This document shows positions 29,272 through 39,747 of a DNA stretch of 64,000 nt, piece by piece. Within the stretch, counting starts at the first letter, position 1, and each line of letters begins with the position of its first letter. Source of the DNA: Alkalispirochaeta sp. Lineage in GTDB: Bacteria; Spirochaetota; Spirochaetia; DSM-27196; Alkalispirochaetaceae. Made by a program: the position numbers and the translations under genes. Location of the stretch: contig OZ271854.1 in assembly GCA_965601925.1 (NCBI GenBank), positions 768,001 through 832,000 of the forward strand, written 5' to 3'. The notes beneath the pieces were generated by a model that searched no databases, had not been told where the DNA came from, and saw only the letters and a program-made list of their open reading frames with translations.

Positions 29272-30882
29272 CTACCTGACGCTTACCTCGCGAAAATCGG
29301 TCCGTCCGGGAAATGGATGCATATCTAAGCCGACGACCCTGTCGTTGTGCGCACCGACGACGGGGCGGAAGTAGGGGATGAGGATCGGACCCTCGGCGAG
29401 GAAAATACCGCTTATTGCGTCGTACAGCTGCGCTCGCTCCGTGAGGTCGGCCGTTCGAGACGCCTCGGCCGCGAGTCGATCCAACTCCGCATTGGACCAC
29501 GCGGACTCGTTGAACGCGGCACCGGTCGTGTAGGCGACGCTCAAGTACTCCTGCGGCGTCGGCCGCTCGCCCCAGGCGGTCATGCCCAACTGGGTGTTGA
29601 TCCAGTTGTTGTCGCCGTCGGCGTAGTAGACGTTCTCCGGCACAACGGTGAGATCCACGAAGATGTTCGATTCGCGCCACTGCTGTTGGAGGAACTCCGC
29701 AACAAGACCGTACTCCCACGTATCCCCGACGTAGAACTCGACTTCGATACGAGCCTGCCCGTCGACCGTGCGTACGTAGCCGTTGCCGGTACCGTCCGCG
29801 GCAACTTGAGCAATCAACTCTCGGGCGCGTGCGGGATCGTGCGGTTGATTCTCTTGCGGGTTGTAGAGCGCACCATACGTTGGACCGATTGGATCGTTAT
29901 TGCCGACCACGCCCGCGCCGTCCAGCGCATCGAGGTTGATCAGCTCGCGATCGGTAGCGTATTTGAACGCCTGTCGAATCCGCACGTCTTCTCCGATCGA
30001 GCCGTCGTCGGCACGCAAGCGAACGACCGGATGGGTGTTGGTCGGTCGATTGAGCACCGTCGCGTCCGGTACGCGTGATAGCGCTGCGACCAAATCGTCG
30101 GGAACCTTGATGATGAAGTCCAAAGCGCCGCTGCGAAACGCGTCGAGCTGTGACTGATCGTCGTCAAAGAATACCAACTCAACGCGGTCGAGTGCCGGCC
30201 GACCGGCCCAGTAGTCTGCATTGGCGTTGAACACGGCGCGCTCGTCCGGCGCATACTGTTCCAAGACAAATGCACCGGTACCGTTGAAGTTGACGTACGG
30301 ATCCGCGCCGTCGGCGATCACGTTGACCGCCTCACTTTGGCTGGAAAGAATTAGCGAGAAGCGCGACGCGACGCCGAAGAGGAAATCGGCGTTCGGTTCT
30401 TCGAGTCGAAAGACCACCGTTAGCTCGTCGAGCGCTTCGACGGTCCACGACGCGCTTCCGTCCTCGCGCGTCCCCAACAGTCCTACGATCGACGAGCCCT
30501 CGCGCACTAATCGGTCGAACGTAAAGACGACGTCCTCGGCGTCGAACGACGATCCGTCTTGGAAAGACACATCGGGTCGCAAGAAGAACGTGAACGTACG
30601 GCCGTCCGCACCGGTCTCCCATCCGGTCGCGAGGCTGGGCGCCAATGAGCCGTCCGGCAAGATTTCGACCAGGTAGTCGTACTGTAATCGGTTGAACATC
30701 ACCTCCGGATCGTTGGCGCCGAGCGCCGGATCGATTGTGGTGAGTTTACGCAGCCCGACGCGAAGCACCTGCTCAGGTGCGGCCTCCGATTCCTCCTCGG
30801 CACTCGGCGCCGCGTACAGGGCAAAGGATACGAACAGGAGGAACAATGGGGTAAGAAGCCGCAACAAGCGTGTATTGTGCAT
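29272..30882 (-). CDS. Peptide ABC transporter substrate-binding protein (family 5)
   Basis: Signal peptide; LAPSLATGW, LRPDVSFQDG, GTGAF, RIRQAF. Confidence 0.92.
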   Translation of the reverse strand: MHNTRLLRLLTPLFLLFVSFALYAAPSAEEESEAAPEQVLRVGLRKLTTIDPALGANDPEVMFNRLQYDYLVEILPDGSLAPSLATGWETGADGRTFTFFLRPDVSFQDGSSFDAEDVVFTFDRLVREGSSIVGLLGTREDGSASWTVEALDELTVVFRLEEPNADFLFGVASRFSLILSSQSEAVNVIADGADPYVNFNGTGAFVLEQYAPDERAVFNANADYWAGRPALDRVELVFFDDDQSQLDAFRSGALDFIIKVPDDLVAALSRVPDATVLNRPTNTHPVVRLRADDGSIGEDVRIRQAFKYATDRELINLDALDGAGVVGNNDPIGPTYGALYNPQENQPHDPARARELIAQVAADGTGNGYVRTVDGQARIEVEFYVGDTWEYGLVAEFLQQQWRESNIFVDLTVVPENVYYADGDNNWINTQLGMTAWGERPTPQEYLSVAYTTGAAFNESAWSNAELDRLAAEASRTADLTERAQLYDAISGIFLAEGPILIPYFRPVVGAHNDRVVGLDMHPFPGRTDFREVSVR

Positions 30883-31083
30883 AGCAATTCCTTTAGAGGC
30901 GGTGTGTCGCCCGCGCCCGAGTTTTGATTTGAGCTGTACTAGTACAGTTGTAACTCGGCGTGTTATTGCAATATACCCTCGCCGAGCGCCCGCGGTGAAG
31001 CCGAAGCGGCCGGAGATTGAAGTTTCAACGCCGCGACGGTGAGCGGCGGGAGCGGCCGGCGGCGAAGCGGGCGTAGTACCGCA

Positions 31084-31956
31084 TTACGTCGTAAACCGAG
31101 GATCGTGCGGTCGCGCTACAACCGCCGAAAGGGCTCGAACGGCGGGAAACTCGGCGACGTCTTTCCGGTGCACCCAGTAGGTTCGCACAACGGGGAGTCT
31201 CGTCGTCGGTTCCACGATACGTACCGAGTGGCGTGACGCTTCGGCAATGACTCTTGGAAGCGCCGTTATTCCCATACCGGCAGCGGTACAACCGAGCACG
31301 GCATCGAGTCCTCGAAACTCCTGCGTGCTCCGTGGATGAATGCCGGACGCGGAAAACCACTCCTCGAGAGCGGATCGATATCTACACCCTCGCGGAAACG
31401 CAATGATAGCATCACGCTCGCCGGGTGGACCGGGAGCACGTTCGAGTGACGTAACGAGGACCAGTTCGTCCTCTCGTACGAAGTGACGTTGCAGCGCCTT
31501 GTCGGTGGCGTCGCTCTCAATAAAGGCGGCGTCGAGCCGATAGTCGAGCAGTCCCTCGATAAGCGTTGCGCTTTCCTGCGTATCGATCGAAAGCCTGAGG
31601 TGCGGTAACGCCGAATGGACGGTCCGGGCGACGTGCGGAAGGTGCACCGCCGCGAATGTGTCGGTCGTCCCGATTCTCAGCTCGCCGGAGAGGTCGTTCC
31701 CCAGAGCAAAGGTACGATGAATCTGTTCAACCGTTCCCAGGAGCTTCTCCGCGTGAGGAAGGAGTCGACGGCCACTCGGGGTGAGCTCCATACCGCGACT
31801 CTTGCGAAAGAAAAGCTGCGTTGAGAGCGTTTCCTCAAGTTGAGCGATCCGAGCCGATACGTTCGGCTGCACGTAATGCAGCGCCTTAGCGGCCGCCGAA
31901 ACCGATCCCAGTTTCGCCACCGTTGCGAAGACGCGAAGCAGTCCGATTTCCACCAT
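31084..31956 (-). CDS. LysR family regulator
   Basis: GSVSAAAKALHYVQPNVSARIAQLE. Confidence 0.93.
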   Translation of the reverse strand: MVEIGLLRVFATVAKLGSVSAAAKALHYVQPNVSARIAQLEETLSTQLFFRKSRGMELTPSGRRLLPHAEKLLGTVEQIHRTFALGNDLSGELRIGTTDTFAAVHLPHVARTVHSALPHLRLSIDTQESATLIEGLLDYRLDAAFIESDATDKALQRHFVREDELVLVTSLERAPGPPGERDAIIAFPRGCRYRSALEEWFSASGIHPRSTQEFRGLDAVLGCTAAGMGITALPRVIAEASRHSVRIVEPTTRLPVVRTYWVHRKDVAEFPAVRALSAVVARPHDPRFTT

Positions 31957-32043
31957 GATATGAGATAATATATCACCGAAAATGATGGATAGATACATTA
32001 TTTATTGTTATTCATTATGCTACATTTCTAATACTATCGCTGT

Positions 32044-33054
32044 GTGAGAGACCGACGGACACCGACGTTGCTATTCGCGCAGATACTATTCGTTCTCGCT
32101 TGGAGCTCCGGATGGTTGTCGGCGGAGATCGCCGTTCGATACGCCACGACACCCCTCATTCTCGCCCTACGGTTTTCCGGAGCTACACTCATGCTATCGT
32201 GCCTGTGGTTGATACGTTGCCTGGCGAACCGTGTCCCGCAGCCGGCCGGTACGGAATCGTACGGTAGCTCGCACGGCTCCCGGCGGCGATCGATCGGACG
32301 CGCCGCGCTGATCGGCATCCTTTCTCAAATGGTGTGGCTCTGGGCCGTGTTAGAGTCGCAGCGGCGCGGCGTGTCGCCCGGAACGAACGCGTTGATAAAC
32401 GCGACCCAGCCCTTTGTGACGGCGATCGCTCTCTCGGTGGTGTTACGGGAACGCACGAGTCGGCGAGTATTGGCCGGCATCGTAGTCGCCGGTATCGGAC
32501 TGTTTCTCGCCGTTCGGGACGATCTTCGGGGACCCGGCGCCGATGCGCGGGCCTTGGCGATTCCACTCATATCGGTAGCCTCCATGACGTGCGCGATCGT
32601 ACTGCAGCGCGCGACCTCGCGTTACAGCACCGCTCCCGACGGACACGGACCTGAACACCTACTGATTCAAACGGCGGCCTCGGCTGCGGTCGCGCTCCTA
32701 CACCTCGCGATAGTGGGCACCGGGGATATTCGATGGAGTGTGCCGTTTGTCGCGACGCTGGCGTGGATCGTCCTCGTCTCCCATATCGCGAGCTACGCGC
32801 TCTTTTGGTACTTGGTGGCTCGCACCTCGCCGACTCGCGCGTCCGCGCTCTTACTTGCAAGCCCCCCGACGACGATCATCCTAAGTGCAATACTATTCGG
32901 CGAGCGATTGGGGACGGTCGAGATAGTGGGAACTTCCATCGTGGTGGCCGGCTTGGCTCTCGCCCAAGGGCGGAGCGTGCCGGACGGGAGGCGGGCGATC
33001 GCAGCTCGTCGGAAGTGCACGCGAAATCCCGCGGCACGGAAATGCTCGCAATAG
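32044..33054 (+). CDS. DMT/EamA family transporter
   Basis: Multiple TM helices, WSSG, LALRF, two EamA repeats; divergent from LysR. Confidence 0.85.
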   Translation: MRDRRTPTLLFAQILFVLAWSSGWLSAEIAVRYATTPLILALRFSGATLMLSCLWLIRCLANRVPQPAGTESYGSSHGSRRRSIGRAALIGILSQMVWLWAVLESQRRGVSPGTNALINATQPFVTAIALSVVLRERTSRRVLAGIVVAGIGLFLAVRDDLRGPGADARALAIPLISVASMTCAIVLQRATSRYSTAPDGHGPEHLLIQTAASAAVALLHLAIVGTGDIRWSVPFVATLAWIVLVSHIASYALFWYLVARTSPTRASALLLASPPTTIILSAILFGERLGTVEIVGTSIVVAGLALAQGRSVPDGRRAIAARRKCTRNPAARKCSQ

Positions 33055-33265
33055 CGCCCCAGACCGCATCCCGTATCAAGCAGCACTTTTCCGCGCGCCG
33101 GACCGACGCGGTCGGCGATCCGCGCCGCCAGCCGATCAGTTGTCGAGTGCTTCAAACGGGCCGAATCGACATCGAAGCCCAGGTGAAACGTCAACATCCG
33201 CCGTCCGACGCGGTCGTCGGTCCGGACGGCGTGCTCCGATCGAGTGTCTATCCGAGGGCGTTCCG
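33010..33265 (-). pseudogene. 5' remnant of a class I SAM-dependent methyltransferase
   Basis: TDDRVGRRMLTFHL...VLLDTGCGLGRYCEHFRAAGFRV contains motif I; the frame then degenerates into antisense of the DMT gene. Confidence 0.55.
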
Positions 33266-33311
33266 GGACTATCCGGCGATTCGGTGTCGCGACCGATCCG
33301 TCGAAAGCGCC

Positions 33312-34067
33312 TCAGTATACGCTCGCATCGGCCTCGAGGTCGGCCGAGTCGGTATCCACCCCCTCAACGGGAAGCTGCCCGGGAGCAAAGTGATCGGGGC
33401 ACGGTTGGCGCCCGGGCAAGTCGCACTCTCGATAGTGGTAGCGTCCGATCTCGTGCGCCTCGCGAAGATCCCGGAGGGTAAATACCGAATCGGTGTGGTC
33501 CGTCCCGCTATGACACACGACGCACGATGTCGAGGAGCGTGAAAAGAGCTCGCCGGTACCGCGGAACCAGTAGTAGTCCCACTGCTCCGCCGCAAAATCG
33601 ACCTCTTCCAGGGCGCGCTCGGACTTCTGCATGACAAAGACGTTGTTGAGCACTCCGGCGACGATCTCGTCCGAGACGCGTCCGACCGATCCGTCGGCGT
33701 TACGCTCGGCCGAGTGGCTGTCCATGAGGATGATGGTTCCCGGTGGAAAGACGTCACCCTCTCGCAGCGCCTGGTACGCCCCCTCTTGGATATACATATG
33801 ACGTACCGTGCCGTCCGGTCGTCCGATCCGCGCGTAGTTGATGTACTCTTCTCGGTAGCGGTCGGGCAGTGAGACGAGCGCCTCCACACTCAAAGGCGCC
33901 GCGCTACCCGGCTCGTATCCGACGACGTTCCGTACTATGCCGGTCTCGACGGCTCGATCCTCGAGAGTCGAGACGACCTCGATATCGGGACGACTCTCGA
34001 TGAAAAAGGAGCCGAGCACGATAAGCACGCATAGAACGAGGACCGAGGGAAGAATAATACGCTTCAT
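33312..34067 (-). CDS. Cytochrome P460/c'-beta family c-type cytochrome
   Basis: N-terminal signal/TM; Y..I.RPDGTVRHMY, FPPGTIILMD, FVMQK, late CVVCH, DSVFT. Confidence 0.75.
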   Translation of the reverse strand: MKRIILPSVLVLCVLIVLGSFFIESRPDIEVVSTLEDRAVETGIVRNVVGYEPGSAAPLSVEALVSLPDRYREEYINYARIGRPDGTVRHMYIQEGAYQALREGDVFPPGTIILMDSHSAERNADGSVGRVSDEIVAGVLNNVFVMQKSERALEEVDFAAEQWDYYWFRGTGELFSRSSTSCVVCHSGTDHTDSVFTLRDLREAHEIGRYHYRECDLPGRQPCPDHFAPGQLPVEGVDTDSADLEADASVY

Positions 34068-34202
34068 GTTTCCACCTGCAATATGAGCACCGATAGTGTG
34101 TCGCGATGACAATTTCATGATATCGTGGAACGGCGCCGACGGTGAAATAGCAAAACACTATCGCTCGATAACCAACATGTATCGCAGACGTCGACGGCTC
34201 CG

Positions 34203-34568
34203 TCAGACAACGTCCATCCCGGAGCGGATGGTTACAATCTTTTCCGTCAGGTAGGCCTTCACTCGCGTGAGCTCCGCTATCGTACGCGAAATCTCTTCGA
34301 TCTTATGCCCGATATGGACGATCTGATCGGCGGCCGTAAGCTCGCCGGCGTCCCACGCCGACATGAGAGAGCCGATCTCGGCAAGGGAGAAACCGGCCGT
34401 CTGCGCGCGCCGTATCATCGCGATCCGCTCCACCGCATCTTCGGTGTAGGTCCGATAGTTATTCTCCAAGCGCTCGACAAATCGTCCGTCCAAGAGACCG
34501 ATCTTCTCGTAGAACCGAATAGTGTGCCGCGGAAGGCCCGTGCGTACGCATAGCTCATGTATCTTCAT
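34203..34568 (-). CDS. MerR family regulator
   Basis: MKIHELC..TG...TIRFYEKIGLL, NNYRTY, GFSLAEI. Confidence 0.93.
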   Translation of the reverse strand: MKIHELCVRTGLPRHTIRFYEKIGLLDGRFVERLENNYRTYTEDAVERIAMIRRAQTAGFSLAEIGSLMSAWDAGELTAADQIVHIGHKIEEISRTIAELTRVKAYLTEKIVTIRSGMDVV

Positions 34569-34587
34569 AAAAAAAATCGCTCGTCAG

Positions 34588-34619
34588 TTGACTATGAAGT
34601 GTACTTCATACTTTATCTT
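34588..34619 (+). promoter_or_regulatory. MerR-type long-spacer promoter with dyad TATGAAGT-GT-ACTTCATA
   Basis: TTGACT at 34588-34593, 20-bp spacer containing the dyad, TATCTT at 34614-34619. Confidence 0.75.
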
Positions 34620-34650
34620 CTCGCTCGCACCCGTTGCAAGGAGGTTTGAG

Positions 34651-35469
34651 ATGGGAAGAGAACAGAGAGCGGTTCTGATTACCGGCGCATCGAGCGGCAT
34701 CGGTCGCGCCACGGCAACAACGTTTTACCATGCCGGCTGGAAGGTCGTCGCCGCCATGCGCAACCCGAAGCGAGACGCACCAATCGTGAATGGAGATCGG
34801 TTCTTACCGGTCACAATGGACGTCACCGACGAGGCTGAGATCGAACGCGCCGTCGCAACGGCGGTCGACCGCTTTGGACGAATCGATGTGCTCGTCAACA
34901 ACGCGGGGTACGGCCTCACCGGTCCGCTCGAGGGTATCACAGCGGACCAACTCAGCCGTCAGTTCGATGTCAATGTGTTCGGCGTGGCGGCGGTGATACG
35001 CCGCGTCCTGCCGACGCTCCGAACACAGAGAGACGGAGTCATCATCAACGTGTCGTCCATCGGGGGTCGCATCGCCTTCCCCTTTGCGTCGGCGTATCAC
35101 GCGACGAAGTTCGCCGTCGAGGGGCTGAGCGAGTCGCTGCGTTTTGAGCTCCGCTCCCACGGTATTCGCGTCAAGGTCGTCGAGCCCGGTGGGATACGGA
35201 CCGACTTCATCACCCGCTCGCAAGAGTTGGCGCGGCACTCTGACTATGAGCCGCAGCTCTCGCGCATGGCCGACATGACGGCGCGACTCAACGATCGCCT
35301 CCCCGGACCGGAGGGTGTCGCCGCAGTGATTCTGCGCGCCGCAACGGATCGGTCCGACAGACTACGTTATACCGCGAAGGCGGGACCGTATCTGACCATG
35401 AACGCGATCTTGCCCGATCGCCTCTGGCGGCGCATGGTGGGCGGGATGCTGGAGCGCCACGCGGGATGA
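34651..35469 (+). CDS. SDR family oxidoreductase
   Basis: TGASSGIG, NNAG, YHATK. Confidence 0.93.
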   Translation: MGREQRAVLITGASSGIGRATATTFYHAGWKVVAAMRNPKRDAPIVNGDRFLPVTMDVTDEAEIERAVATAVDRFGRIDVLVNNAGYGLTGPLEGITADQLSRQFDVNVFGVAAVIRRVLPTLRTQRDGVIINVSSIGGRIAFPFASAYHATKFAVEGLSESLRFELRSHGIRVKVVEPGGIRTDFITRSQELARHSDYEPQLSRMADMTARLNDRLPGPEGVAAVILRAATDRSDRLRYTAKAGPYLTMNAILPDRLWRRMVGGMLERHAG

Positions 35470-35738
35470 GAAGGCGGTTCGGCGTGGGCTTGTTCTCCAC
35501 GGCCGTAATCCGTTCCGTGGCGCCGTAACGCGTCGGCCGCCCTCCTCTGGGACGGCGAGCGAATCGGGTGAGTTCTCTCCGATCACACCGACTTTCGAGC
35601 CTCACGGGAACCGACGGTGTGACGCGGGCGGTCGATCTCCCGGCCCGATGTCGCAGCGGTATCGAGACGTTAGGGTCGACTCTCGCGCATCGTACACGAG
35701 CGGAGACCGAAGCGAAAGCGTGAGGGTTGCGACCGGAC

Positions 35739-36041
35739 TTAGTTGAGCACCATGATCGTGATGACGGCGCCGATGGCGACGGCGACGCCCCACGCGACCT
35801 TGTGCGACCCGGGAGCCTCGCGGAAAACGACCTGCGGGTCCTTGGTCTTGGCGCGGCTCTCCTTTAGGGTCATGTTCCCACCGGGGAACACGATGAAAGC
35901 GAGCCCGACGATCACCAGCCCCGGCCCCGCCGCAAGTAAACGCAACGTGAAGCCGGCGTCGCGAAGCATCGTAACGGCAAACCACGAGAAGACGAGACCG
36001 ATGAACACGATGAAGATTCCCAAGAAACGACCGAGTTGCAT
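35739..36041 (-). CDS. Small membrane protein, unknown function
   Basis: Three hydrophobic segments; SD upstream. Confidence 0.6.
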   Translation of the reverse strand: MQLGRFLGIFIVFIGLVFSWFAVTMLRDAGFTLRLLAAGPGLVIVGLAFIVFPGGNMTLKESRAKTKDPQVVFREAPGSHKVAWGVAVAIGAVITIMVLN

Positions 36042-36289
36042 ACCGCTTCCCCCCGGGCGGGATGGTATACCGTAGGAGATATCGATGGAAAGCCTCGTGG
36101 TGACCAAAGAGGATGCAACTAACGTTCAGAGAAGCATAGATCGATCCGCGCCGAGGAGCGGCGCGATGTAAATGTACACCCTGAACGCGCCGGAAACGTG
36201 CCGACTCCACCATGCCGCGAATGTTTCGTCTCCAGCCGGCTCTCGCACAGCCTTGCGGCCCGCCATGGTTTTTCCTACTATTGGGACCT

Positions 36290-36694
36290 ATGTTTTACAC
36301 CTTCCCCGAGGGCACCACGGCGGTTGTGATAGCCGACTACGATCGCCCGTATCCCGACCCGATCGCCGTGCGCGCCGGCGACCTCATCCGGCCCGACCTC
36401 GAGCGCACGAAGGAGACCGACTTCCTGGGCTGGACGTGGTGCCGCGGGCCGGACGGTCGCGAGGGCTGGGTACCGAACGGCTGGGTCACGCGAGGCGCCG
36501 ACGGCTGGCGTATACGCCGCGACTTCTCGGCGCTGGAGCTGTCGGTCCGCAAGGGCGATCGGATGACCCTTGACTTCAGTGAGAGCGGCTTCGTCCACGG
36601 CCGCCGCACGGACGGAGAGGTCGGATGGCTACCCGACGCCGTGGTGGAGCTGACGACGGGAGACGCGACCGCCGATCGCGATCGTGAGGACTGA
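36290..36694 (+). CDS. Tandem SH3-like domain protein
   Basis: VIADYD..YPDPI.V.AGD...GWTWC...GREGWVP, followed by a second ELSV.KGD...GWLP repeat. Confidence 0.8.
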   Translation: MFYTFPEGTTAVVIADYDRPYPDPIAVRAGDLIRPDLERTKETDFLGWTWCRGPDGREGWVPNGWVTRGADGWRIRRDFSALELSVRKGDRMTLDFSESGFVHGRRTDGEVGWLPDAVVELTTGDATADRDRED

Positions 36695-36802
36695 GACCAC
36701 CCGACGTCAACCCGATCGCGCTGCGGTTGACCGTCGTCGACGGTCCGGAGGAACTTGCCCGGTCCTACGGGAGCCCGTATCTTCGGGGAAAAGGGGGGAG
36801 TC

Positions 36803-37585
36803 ATGACAAGAAAAGTGGGCTTGGTAGCCGCACTGGTCGTGTTAACGTCGTTCTCCGTGTCCGCTCAGGCGGTGGCGGTCGATCCGAGCGCACCGGGGGA
36901 GCGAAACGTGGTATATCGCACCGCCGACGGGGTCGAGATTGAAGCGTACCTCGCGCTTCCCGAGGGTTCCGGGCCGCATCCGGCGGTGGTGCTCATCCAC
37001 GAGTGGTGGGGTCTCAACCACGACACGGTGCTACTCGCCGACGCTCTGGCGCGTGAAGGCTTCGTCGTTCTCGCCGCCGATGCGTTTCGGGGCAGCGTCG
37101 CGGATACGCAAGCGGCGGCGCGGGCGCAGGTGATGGGAACGCCTCGGGTGCAAATCGCCTCCGATCTGGACGCTGCGTTTGCGTTCCTTGCCGCTCATGA
37201 GGCGGTCGATGCGTCGCGGATTGCGAGTTGGGGTTTTTGCTTCGGCGGGACGCAGTCGATGTTTATGGGGACGAGAAACCCCGATCTTGCGGCGATCGTC
37301 ATCTTTTACGGTTCCGGTCCGATACAGGAGGTCGATAACCTCGGCGTCATGGCGCAGAACGGACCGGTACTGGGAATCTACGGCGAGAACGATCCGGTCA
37401 TCACCGTTGACGAGGTTCGCACCTTCGAGGGTGCACTAAACGCAGCCGGCGTCGACAATACGATTGAAATCTACGCCGAGGTCGGGCACGCTTTTGTAAA
37501 GAGCGACACCTACAACGCCGGCGGCACGCCGGAACGCGCCTGGAGACAGGCCGTCGATTTCCTCAAAGCCGTGATCGGGGGCTGA
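36803..37585 (+). CDS. Secreted dienelactone hydrolase family protein
   Basis: Signal peptide; HEWWGLN, GFCFGG, GHAF. Confidence 0.9.
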   Translation: MTRKVGLVAALVVLTSFSVSAQAVAVDPSAPGERNVVYRTADGVEIEAYLALPEGSGPHPAVVLIHEWWGLNHDTVLLADALAREGFVVLAADAFRGSVADTQAAARAQVMGTPRVQIASDLDAAFAFLAAHEAVDASRIASWGFCFGGTQSMFMGTRNPDLAAIVIFYGSGPIQEVDNLGVMAQNGPVLGIYGENDPVITVDEVRTFEGALNAAGVDNTIEIYAEVGHAFVKSDTYNAGGTPERAWRQAVDFLKAVIGG

Positions 37586-37619
37586 AGGTGAGCCCTGCGG
37601 GGCGCAGGGTTGTCGTCGG

Positions 37620-38270
37620 TCACCGACTCCGCGCCTCGGAGACGGCATCATCGAGCCACCACTCCCAGAACGCTTTGCGCCGCAGGCTCTCCGGTTCGGA
37701 GGTGACCGTTGTCGGGCCGCAGAGATACGCCCGGCACGCGTGCCACGGTGGATCGAGCTCGTAGGGGTCGTAGTCGACATCGCGTCGATCGAGGTCCACG
37801 CCGTCGAGGAGCAGTACGTCCTTCAATGCAGCCGAGAGGGTAGCCGCCGCCGCGGTACCCGCCATGATCGCCGCCTGAACCGCCGGATCGTCTCTATCGG
37901 TGTGATTGGTAAGCGCATTGTCGAGGTACGTCCACCAATCGGAAACCGCGCCGTGTAACGAGGTGGGTAACGACTCGCCGGCGAGCCACCGGTCCACCCA
38001 GTGCAACAGCTCATGGGGCGTCTCATCGTCGGGAAACGCGGCCTCCCAGGTCGGCAACACCTTCCGCGATGTAATGCAAAAGAGTCTCGTGCGTCGCACG
38101 TGGCCGATCGCGCGAGGTTTCGCACTGGCGTTTCCGGGCGCTCCCAGCCCGCGGTAGACGTGGTAGCGCCGGCCGATCTCCAGATGGCCGTCGGGATTCG
38201 CCTCCAGTGCGGCGCGGCACGCAGCGATGATTTCAACCATTGTCGTCTCCGTCGGTTCCGCCACTTGCAC
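37620..38270 (-). CDS. Imm5 family immunity protein
   Basis: NPDGHL...R, RRTRL...KVLPTW..FP.D, DPYELD...A...Y, RKAFWEWWL recalled as the Imm5 pattern. Confidence 0.7.
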   Translation of the reverse strand: MQVAEPTETTMVEIIAACRAALEANPDGHLEIGRRYHVYRGLGAPGNASAKPRAIGHVRRTRLFCITSRKVLPTWEAAFPDDETPHELLHWVDRWLAGESLPTSLHGAVSDWWTYLDNALTNHTDRDDPAVQAAIMAGTAAAATLSAALKDVLLLDGVDLDRRDVDYDPYELDPPWHACRAYLCGPTTVTSEPESLRRKAFWEWWLDDAVSEARSR

Positions 38271-38308
38271 CCTCCCTCAACCGCATCACGCGGATAGCCG
38301 TCCGTCGT

Positions 38309-38842
38309 CTACCGGCCCTTTCGCCTCCCCGGCGTTCGATCCCGCGGCAGCGCTTTCATCCGGCGCATCAGGTCGGCTTCGATCGCTTTCTTGTTGATAC
38401 AGTACTCGATCGATTCGCGGAACGTACCGGGCTTCTGCTCTCTGATCAGCGCGTCCCTGATCCCCACCGGGCTGAAGCCGATGCCGTCGTCGTCTTTGAA
38501 CCCGTACACCATCGGCGTTCCGTGCGTGAAATCGGTGTCGCGCCCCATCTCCCAACGACCGCCGGCGTGACGGATGAGCACTTCTCCGAGATACGCGAGG
38601 ACGGCGCGATCGAAGTGATTCTGCGAGAAGGGAATCCGGTCCGTTCCGACCAACACATCGAGGTAAAACGCCTCTACGGTATCCACCATCTCGATGCTGT
38701 AATCGACGGACGTGGTTGCGTAGCGCTTGCTTTCCGCTATCGCTTGCCGCAGGTCCTCGATCAACATCGGAATCTCGACCTCAAAATCGTGAAACTCGTC
38801 CAGTAACGTTCTATCCATGATAAAGCGCTCCCGAGAAGTCAT
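38309..38842 (-). CDS. Hypothetical protein, putative immunity (DUF3806-like motif)
   Basis: DYSIE...E and AYLGEVLIRHAGGRW; co-oriented directly upstream of Imm5. Confidence 0.5.
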   Translation of the reverse strand: MTSRERFIMDRTLLDEFHDFEVEIPMLIEDLRQAIAESKRYATTSVDYSIEMVDTVEAFYLDVLVGTDRIPFSQNHFDRAVLAYLGEVLIRHAGGRWEMGRDTDFTHGTPMVYGFKDDDGIGFSPVGIRDALIREQKPGTFRESIEYCINKKAIEADLMRRMKALPRDRTPGRRKGR

Positions 38843-38882
38843 AACCGCACGGTGTCGTCCCCTCCGCGTCCTGCCGTCCCGA

Positions 38883-39464
38883 TCAGCTTCTCGGGACCGG
38901 GCGGGTACGCCTCGGGTGCAACCAGCGACCGAACACCCGCATAATGAGCGGCATAAGCACCCACGTCATAAATACGATCATCAGCGCCGAGGTAATGAAC
39001 GCCGCGACGATACGCCCCACGTACCCCGAAATGAATGCCGCGGTGGGTGGAAGGAGAAACGACGTGAGCGGCGTCAGGACGAGCCACAACACGGAGGCTT
39101 GTCGCAGGCGCGAAAGTGGGGGCGCGCTCGGCGCGTCAAACCACACCTCGTACCCCGTCGCTTCCTGAATCTGAGGGCCACCCTCGAACCAATCGTCCGC
39201 CTCGGAGATGATCTCGTCGTGCGCGGGTGAACGCTGCCACGCCTTGAAGTGCTCATCCGTGTCGAATGTTATGGACAACGTATACGTCCCCGCCGCCTCG
39301 TTCTGAGGCGGCTTCATGACACTGATGCTCCGATACCCTTCGAAGGTGCTCATCGCCTGTATGACTCGTTGCAACCACTCGTCGTGGCGCTCCCGAAAGC
39401 CCGGTTTAATCGATCGGACGATGACGATCGTAGCCTGTGTTTCCGCCTTGTTGTGCAAGGACAC
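38883..39464 (-). CDS. Antibiotic biosynthesis monooxygenase-like protein with C-terminal TM helices
   Basis: IKPG..E...W, FDT.E...AW..S, TGYEVWF, MTWVLMP; AGGAGG SD. Confidence 0.8.
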   Translation of the reverse strand: MSLHNKAETQATIVIVRSIKPGFRERHDEWLQRVIQAMSTFEGYRSISVMKPPQNEAAGTYTLSITFDTDEHFKAWQRSPAHDEIISEADDWFEGGPQIQEATGYEVWFDAPSAPPLSRLRQASVLWLVLTPLTSFLLPPTAAFISGYVGRIVAAFITSALMIVFMTWVLMPLIMRVFGRWLHPRRTRPVPRS

Positions 39465-39747
39465 CTGCGACCTCCTACTAATAGATATCATTACGGGGCC
39501 GGCGGTGAAACGAGACCCCTGTGCGTGTCGACGAGGTCATAGTACGCGCCATCGACAAACTCGGCAACGCAACTTGGGAGTCGCCGTCGGTAGCGCGCCG
39601 GATCGACGCGGCCGGAGCTCTCATGTCTCAACGCGACCGGCCGGCCGGTGAGAATAACCGCTGTATTCCCGACGTGTAAGATATAGATTGTTTCGATACC
39701 GGACCGCGGCCCGGTTCAACGGCCCTTGCTCGTCGGAGGAATAAGGT

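Noticed and set aside
25352..30882. Non-canonical gene order of the peptide ABC operon (SBP, C, fused ATPase, B)
   Set aside because: Order variation is common and all components look intact
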